Assembly: GCA_965153355.1 (NCBI GenBank)
Contig: OZ231126.1
Coordinates: forward strand, 1,302,001-1,366,000
Reading direction: 5' to 3'
Source: Flaccisagitta enflata
Taxonomy: Eukaryota
Length of the DNA: 64,000 nucleotides
Made by a program: the position numbers and the translations under genes. Below are positions 55,820 to 64,000 of the stretch, in pieces. The notes under the pieces are model-generated. The model did no database searches. It was not told the origin of the DNA and saw only the letters and a list, made by a program, of their open reading frames with translations. How positions within the stretch are numbered: the stretch's first letter is position 1; each line of letters opens with the position of its first letter.

Positions 55820-57703
55820 GGTTTTGTCCACTGACTGTTTATGGAATAACGTAGGAAAAGCTTTTATTCACTCAGGGGTAAACCGTTTTCTAAATGTCCT
55901 TCTCATTAAGGACCCACCTTACTATAACCCCTACGCTAACTCCAACCCATACCCTGATCCCTAAGCCTAACAAAATCCCTAAAGCTTACCCAAACCCCTA
56001 CTGTAACCCTTTTCCTTACCCTAACCCTTAATCCAAGCCCAACACTTACCTTACCCTAAACTTTACCCTTTCCTTTACCTGAACAACGAGTCTGAATCTT
56101 CTGTTGAGACATTTCATTTCTTTTTTGATCTTTCTGAGTATAAGATCAGACAAGTAACAAGCAAAGAGTCCAGGACGTTTCATTCCAGTCAAGATAGAGG
56201 AGTAAGATTCACCACGAAGATGCTGTTTCAGAACACCTGTGGAAGCACAATAGGGAAATGATTATATTCAAGAGAGACTGACAGATAGACAGACAGACAG
56301 ACAGATAGACAGATAGACAGACAGGTAGACAGACATACAGATATGCAGACAGAAAGATATGCCGACAGACAGATACAAGCAGTAAGAAATGTGTAAGTCA
56401 TAACCGACTGGAAAACAACAAGGAATTGATGAATGAATGAATGAATGAATTAATGAATGAATGAATGAATGAATGAATGAATTAATAAATGAACGAATGA
56501 ATGAACAAATCTAAGTAATTGACATACCGACTGACGAAGTAAATATACTTGCCAAATCAATACAAACATGATTGTACGATTCTCCGAATGCCTGACTGAC
56601 ATACCTTGCAGTATGTTCCTTGCCTCATTGGCGCAGAATGCCTTCATGGTTTTTGCATCTCCCGGAATATATCGTCGACGGAAGCCGGAGGCGTTGGTTT
56701 CGTCGGCGGCGATCTCCAACGCCGTCTTCAGTTGAAGAAGAAGCAATTTCGCGGCGCTGAGTCGTTGCCGCTTGGAGCAAGTGGATGCGGCTCGACGTCG
56801 ACGAGGTGTTGGAGTGTCAGAGCTTGAAGCTGAAGGTGGTCTAATGGCAGAGATTGCTTCCTTGTCGACGTTATTCTGTAGAACTTGAGCTGGATGCTGG
56901 ACAGTTTCGAAAACATCGTCGTCGTCGTCAACTTCGTCAACTTCGTCAACGTGGTCGTCGTCGTCGTCGTCGTCAACGTTGTTGCCCTCATCGTCTCCTT
57001 TGTCAATTTTGTTATCTTCAGCATCGAGACAAGGCTGTTGATCACCGTCATCACGCAATTCAACATCGTCGTCATCGATGTTGTCATGAAATGCGTCGTC
57101 GTTGTCATTGTTAATGTCGGAGCGAACGTTGTGAAATTCGTCCTTGGTAACGTCAGTATTGGCAGCATCAAGGGTCGGCTCCTTCCCTCCGTCTCCCTGC
57201 TCATCCGACAGCCCCTCTCCACATCGTTCTTCGATTTGATGCTCACCCTTCGTTTCTCCTTCTTGCCCCTCTTCCTCGCTTTTCTTAACCTCTTCCTCTT
57301 CCTCCTCCTTCACGTTTACTGTCACCGGAAATACTTCCTTTCTAGTATCCTTCACTCTTTCCTTCTTCTGCTCCTTCTCCTTCTCTTCCTCTTCCTGCTC
57401 CTCCACCTCGTCCCCATCTTTCACTTCGCTGCCTGCAAGCTCTTGTTCCTGCTCCTTCCGCTCCTCTAACATCTCCTGCTCCTCCTCTTCTACGACCTCC
57501 CCTTCTTCCTCCTCCCACTCCTCCTCCCCCTCCTCTTCCTCAAGTGGTCCGTGGGTGAAAAGTGCTTCATCTTCACTGTCCGTGTCTTCAGAGTCGTCTT
57601 GAAGATCAACGTCGAAAGATTTGGCCAAACGTTGCAGAGTTTGAATCTCTGCCACTTCCTCCGCCGCCTGAGATTGGAATATCAAACATGGTTCATGAGT
57701 TGG

Positions 57704-57741
<38 letters not shown>

Positions 57742-57743
57742 GC

Positions 57744-57793
<50 letters not shown>

Positions 57794-58133
57794 CTTACCA
57801 TGAATCGTTTCACTCTAGTGTTGATTTCTTCATTTGAAGTGGATTTGAATATTCTAAGATTTGCGATGCAGAGTCTCCAAGATGTTCTCATGTTCTGACT
57901 GTCTTCAAATGGAACCAGTGGCGCCACATATCGAGGAATTTTGGCTGAAATGGCGCACGTGCAAAAAAAGAGATGGATTGCATTGGTTCAGATTACTGCT
58001 GCTTTGAGTCTGCAATCAATTATTTCTGTTTACCTGTTTTTTTGTTCCAGTTTCATCACTGTTATGTATGAGTTATGAACCCGAGTTCAGGTGCTCGTGA
58101 GTCTGTCTGTCTGTCTCTGTCTCTGTTTGTCTG

Positions 58134-58187
<54 letters not shown>

Positions 58188-58196
58188 TGTGTCTGT

Positions 58197-58288
<92 letters not shown>

Positions 58289-60141
58289 CCTTCCCCCTCA
58301 TCACATCTCCCCATCATACAAAGTTGTTCCATCGATCCTCTCCTGCCTTCGATTCTGCGGAGGATTGTCCCGATTTCTTTCCTTCTTTCCTCGTAGATTC
58401 TTTCCTCCTTTTCTCCTTGGCTTTCCTCCCTTTCTTCTTCTCCTCCTTCTTTTCCTTCTTTCTTCTTCTTTCCTTTTATTCCTCCATCATCAATTTGGCC
58501 TTCTTGAGTCGATGAAGAGGAAGTCTCCGTGATTTCATCCGACGACATTTTTCATAAAATTCAAGTTTAAATTCCCCTGAATTTCAACAAAATTATGGCG
58601 CGTTAGTGTTCACAGATGAGAGCGTTTTAAAACGCGCAACTCTGTTGCTCGCTCCGTCCGCTCGCTCCGTTCGCTCGCTCCGTTCACTCGCTCCGTTCGC
58701 TCGCTCCGCTCACTTGCTCCGTAACCGCTCGGCTTTTAACAGTTAGAATCTGATTTGAACAACATCTAGATGAATTTTACCCTTTCTTATTGGGGATATA
58801 TGGTAGAACATGGCTTAGAGCCCTATTTTCTTGTAAATAAGATTTTCTTTAAGTCCATTTAAAGGCATTTCTTACAGCTTACCTTTTATCAATGATACTA
58901 AAGCCACTGAGTTCAGTCCGAGATAAAATGAAGATTTCAAGATTACGAACTTTGAAGAATAAGAATAAGAATAATGATAGAATTAAGGTCTTTTCAGAAT
59001 TATTTGCTGATGCCAGGACAGCAACTAGCTTGGCCACTCTTCTAGTGTGTCGGGAAAGAGAAACAATTTTAAAAAAAACTTCAATTTAAAGTCTTTTTTT
59101 TCAATCAGTTTTGAAGAGGAATTGTTTTTGTTTTCGAATTTCGAGAAAGTGGATTGACGCTCCAACAATTGACGCGGGGTCACAATATCGTTGCGGATGG
59201 GTGGGCAGGAGTATCCACACTCCAACCCGCCCCCACACTCAAACATATTCAGAAAGTATCTAAAACTCTTGTTTTCCCAGTATTCAACTTGATAACAATG
59301 ACCGATGGACGGACGGATGGACGGACAAAGCCTCTTGTAGAGTTGCATGTCCGCAACTAAAAACCCTCGACTACGAAAACGGAGATGCTTTGCTGTCTGT
59401 TAGATTTGTCGTGGCGGCTCTAAAACAAAGGGAAACGATGCTTATCGGCATTTTCAGCCGCGTGCTACGCGACTCTGTACTAAAAGCCACTTACAGCGAA
59501 TTTGTTCGTACGCATGCATCCGTCCACCAGGCTAACTGTCACATCGGTCGATTTCCGGTTTTTTGCGTCGCCGCGTCTGCCAAAAGTGTCCGAATGGCCT
59601 CCTATGGTCCATCACCTTCTCCTAACCCTACACACTCGTACGCGCTAAGCTTATAAAATCTAATTTGCATAATGCAGTACCGTAATACTTTTCTATCAAA
59701 TAAAGAAAAACAGGGATTACAGCCTCGTAATAACCCGAATTATATTTAATTCACTAATGAAAAAGAAAAGAAGAATATTTGCTTGGGAAAAAAAACATAA
59801 GATATTCAAACATGGATAGGTCCTCAAATGGTAAATGTCGTCTTCATCGAACACTCTGTAACAGCATTTGTCGGAAATTTGAGCGGCCTATGTGCCGTCA
59901 GCCTATCACTTTAGCCGCAACCGCCTTTGCAGGGAAAGCCTGCTATGTCCGATGGCTTCCCGAGAGGGACAAACACAGACACATGGACGAGAGGTTCTCC
60001 CGCAACTAGCTACTTGAATTGGATGAAAACAAGGCTTAAGAACAGAATTGACAAGAAAAGTTTTCAGAAGAAAATCGAAATTGCGATGGCCAAATGAAAA
60101 CAAATCCTTGCCGATCTCTTCACATGACATGGAAAGAGAGA
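55820..60141 (-). repeat. Segmental duplication, arm B (inverted copy of 16369-21250)
   Basis: Reverse-complement collinearity; stops ~16 bp into the TIR of the intron-4 foldback element. Confidence 0.93.
56079..58548 (-). CDS. Paralog of the acidic Tctex-1-domain gene; exons 58548-58290, 57944-57799, 57667-56605, 56236-56079; final exon not found in the window
   Basis: All four exons open with intact GT-AG sites and the same phases as copy A; no match to 22366-22512 seen downstream. Confidence 0.8.
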
Positions 60142-60845
60142 GAGAGAGAGAGAGAGATCGAAATGCCGGCTTAGAGAAAGAGACAAGAAAATAAAGAGAG
60201 AAAGAATGACAAGGGTAGAGAAAGCAGAAAAGAGGACAGATAGAAAAATGCACAGAAAAAAAGTCTGAGAACGAGTGAAAAGCAGAAAGAAATAATTTGA
60301 AAGACAGAAGAAAAAATGTGGAAAGAAGCCATCGATATTTCGTGCTTAAATGTATTTGAGTTACGGACATGTTTGTTGATTATGAATGATTGTTAATAGT
60401 TTTGTGAGATGTTTTTTGCACCTTTGCTTTCAGCGTTTTACTCAATAACAAATCTGTAATCTTACCCATTATCTTACTGGCCTGGCTGACTAACCGACCG
60501 ACCGACCTATACGATCTTACTGGGTAAAAACGTATGTTTCCCGAAAATTTTCGATCCAGAAATTAACATGTCAACAAAAAAAATGCTGTTGTTAACCCAT
60601 AAGAAACCTTAATCAAACATATTTTTTACTTTCTCCAATTTTCGTTTGTAAACGATGAAATGCAAAGGCAGCCAATCAAACAAATGAAATACGTTTGATG
60701 AAGCCATCTTGATAAACAGTTAAATACACTCAATGTTGACCGATTTCCGTAATTCGCGGATTCGGTACAGCGATGTACGCCAATGTCGATGAGTCTACTG
60801 AATATTTATTGTAAGAACTTTATTGTGTTTCTTCTTTCCTCACAG

Positions 60846-60993
60846 TTTTATTTCTCTTGTTTGGGTTTGCTTTCATCGTTGGATTGACCAATTTGCTTTG
60901 GTATTACGCCGGCAAAGTCATTTACATGCCCAAGGTCTATCCTTACAACACAACAGAATTTGAGAAGAAAGCATCAGCTCCATATTATCAGAA
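60846..60993 (+). CDS. TRPC-like cation channel exon (S5 and extracellular loop)
   Basis: TTCCTCACAG acceptor, GTAAGT donor; LFLLFGFAFIVGLTNLLWYY resembles TRPC S5 (F..GLNQL.WYY); ends in phase 2. Confidence 0.8.
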
Positions 60994-62076
60994 GTAAGTC
61001 TATCCTTACAACACAACAGAATTTGAAAAAAAAAGCCTCGGCTCCATACTTTCAGAAGTAAGTCTATCCTTACAATAAGACAGGGTTTCAGAAAAGAAAC
61101 ACAGGAAGGTATGGCATAGTACTATCAGTGGTAATTCTATCCTCAAATCACCAACATGTTTGCTAAAAAAGGCTTGCCAATCTGCTGCCAGAAGCATACA
61201 ACTACAATACAGTTTAAAAAAAAAAAGATATGTCAAGGTGCACATGAAGTGGCAGTTTCTACAGTCAAATCATATTCTGGAAAAATATGTCAATGATTAA
61301 TTTACAATTTTTTTTAAAAGAAATGGTATTATAACTATATTTTGTTGATTTATTTGCATTTGGAATCATTTATGTGTACAAAATCAGTTGAATATTTAAA
61401 AAAAAAAATTTAAAAATTAACCTCCATTGCTTGATTTGTCTTAGGTGAAATTCTTAATCTGTCTCTGAATACAAAATTTTGCATTTCTGAAAATATGGCT
61501 CTATTCTAAAGATATGTAAGCAAAAAACCATTTTCTTAGAAATGCAAATTTTTTTTATTCAGAGACAGATTAAGAATTTCACGCAAAATGACAACCCAAA
61601 TTTGTTGCTCGTTTGCACCGCGACATATGGCACCCTACATTTCCTACTTTCAGAAGTAAATATTATGTAAAATTTAGCTTGATTGCAAGAATTCCCAACA
61701 TGCTATGGTTTTAAACTTTCATCATTGGCAATGACATTGCCGTGTTCCATGCTCAAACTTGCTCTCAAAGAGAACCTTACGGCTCACCTTCAGCGCCAAG
61801 TTATTGATGCCTCAAGTTTTTTTTCTTCTGATTTTCTAATTTGAAAGATATCATTACCAATGATACTGAGGCAACTTACGTAAGGTGGGGCGACTTCCAA
61901 AGACGTGCTCCATGATCATGAATCCACGAAAATGTCATTGTGAAGTGCGACGGTTTTGGCATAGGAACCGTTTGTTCAAAGTATATAAAATCCGAGCATA
62001 GTAGTACTATTTTGGGTCCTCCATATCCTCTCTCTCCGCCCTCTCCACCCTCTCCACCCCCCTCCCTCCACCGCAG

Positions 62077-62344
62077 CATCATCCGTACATTTGAAACTTT
62101 ATTTTGGCCGTTATTCGGCGTGGGAACTAAAGGCAGTGGGGGTGGTCCCCGCCCGATGCATACACCCCCTGAATGGATCGAGGAGAACAACCCCTGGCTA
62201 GGGGGTTTGTTCCATCAGGGGGACTCGGTCAAATGGATCGCCCGATGGGCCGAAATTATGAGCGGATTTTATTACTTGATTATGATTATCATTTTGGTTA
62301 ATATGCTCATTGCCATGATGAGTAACTCGTTTAATAGCGTTCAG
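62077..62344 (+). CDS. TRPC-like channel pore helix and S6 exon (variant A)
   Basis: CCGCAG acceptor in phase 2; IIRTFETLFWPLFG...IIILVNMLIAMMSNSFNSVQ|GT contains the TRPC LFW and LIAMMSNS motifs. Confidence 0.9.
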
Positions 62345-63446
62345 GTAAAAGGCAAATATGTCTATGACTCGATATTAACACTCTCAGCATGCAAGTTGTG
62401 TCATCCCAGCATCGTCCCTCCCAAGAGCGCGGTCAGTTTTTGGCATCTGTGATTTTGGACACAAAAACAACTCTTATTTAGTAATTCGTCATCAGTGTTT
62501 TTTCAGGACTTCATGACCGAGTATCTCACAGAAGGAGTGTTTTGCAGTAAAGCTCTTTTTTTACAAATAACAGTTGTATTCAATAAACAGATAAGAAAAC
62601 TCTTTATAAAAAAAAAAAAAAAAAAAATCAAATCAATGTTGATTTCATGTAACTTTTATTTTGACACATCCCCAAACACAACTTTCTTCAATTCACAAGC
62701 ACGCGTTGAATAAACTATGCACTGCACTCACAGCTTGATCATATATGTAATCTTTATGTTTGATTGCTTGTTAGTAAAACAGACAGAAATACAAAAAATA
62801 TTTCTGGATGAAACAAAACAGTACAAAACGATACAAGAACAGTTAAAACTAAGGATGTGGAGGCGGCTGACCGCTCTCCATTTGGAGGATAGGAAAGCTA
62901 CTAGTATTTTCATTGTAAAATGGAAGCAAAAGCGTATGCGTTGGAAGCGGCATAAAAATCAACCGCTTCCACATCCCTGAACCTAAAACGCCCATTTTGA
63001 TATTACAAAATCAACAAAAAAATGCCCATATTGATGCCGCTTCCACTGCTTATGCCTCCACTTCCACTTCCACTTCTACTTCTACCGCAGTCACTTCCAC
63101 TTCCACTGCCATATCTGCTTCCATTTTTGCTTCTACCTCTGCTTTCGCTTGCGAATCTATTTCCACCTTTGTTGTCACCTCCACCTTCGCTCATGCTTCC
63201 ACTTTATTTCTGCCTCCACTCCCGCTTCCACTTTCTCTTTCAATCCCAATTCCACTTTTGCTTTTACCTCCGCTCCCCCTTCCAAATCTGTATTTGCCTG
63301 CGCTCCCGCTTCCAATTTCCGCTTCCATTTCCACTTTCACTTCATTTTGCAGCTTGAATATGAGTCAATCCCAGTGACCCAACCACCAGATATGAAAGTT
63401 GTAAATCGCTTCCACATCCTTAATTCCTTATAACCTCGATCCGCAG

Positions 63447-63653
63447 CATCTTGAAGACGTTCGAGGTGCTGTTTTGGTCGCTGTTTGGGATGCTGCAGAC
63501 GTCGGAGCGGGAGTTGCGGCAACCACCGCAGCAATTTGACGAGAATGATCCGTGGCACGAAGGTGTTATGGGAGATAACAAACTCGGAGTCTGGATGATA
63601 TCAGGATCATTAGAAATCATTCTAGGTGCGTTTTGTGCTACATTCTTTATACT
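63447..63653 (+). CDS. Second TRPC-like pore/S6 exon (variant B), cut off in S6 by a repeat
   Basis: CCGCAG|CATC acceptor, same phase as 62077; ILKTFEVLFWSLFGM...DENDPW...LEIILGAFCATFFIL aligns with variant A. Confidence 0.78.

Positions 63654-64000
<347 letters not shown>

Overview
Repeat-rich eukaryotic (invertebrate animal-like) genomic DNA with GT-AG introns, microsatellites, a 10-N assembly gap (4412-4421) and indel noise suggesting imperfect long-read polishing. (1) A near-complete ~13.2 kb Bel/Pao LTR retrotransposon on the minus strand (26162-39392) has an in-frame UGA-C stop plus a GNRA hairpin between gag and protease, and a large non-env accessory ORF after integrase. A noisy inverted partial copy lies at 1-4410. 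(2) A second retroelement-derived unit (4422-~16366) encodes CCHC Gag, an in-frame TGA, a 75-aa repeat region, a hydrophobic segment, a retropepsin and a dUTPase-like domain but no RT or integrase. It is followed by ~8 kb of non-coding DNA carrying about 25 copies of a GCGGG-N5-CCCGC hairpin motif. (3) A five-exon gene for an acidic Tctex-1-domain protein (17950-22512, +) has an inverted paralog (56079-58548, -) that lacks the last exon. The acidic exon has diverged far more than the flanking non-coding DNA. (4) Four EGF exons lie on the minus strand (39587-50724) with local exon duplication. (5) TRPC-like channel exons (60846-63653, +) include two homologous, same-phase pore/S6 exons. (6) A decayed CR1/L2-type LINE, nested MITEs, DINE-1/Helentron-like short elements and a 29-bp minisatellite are also present. 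All calls are by eye; no searches were run.
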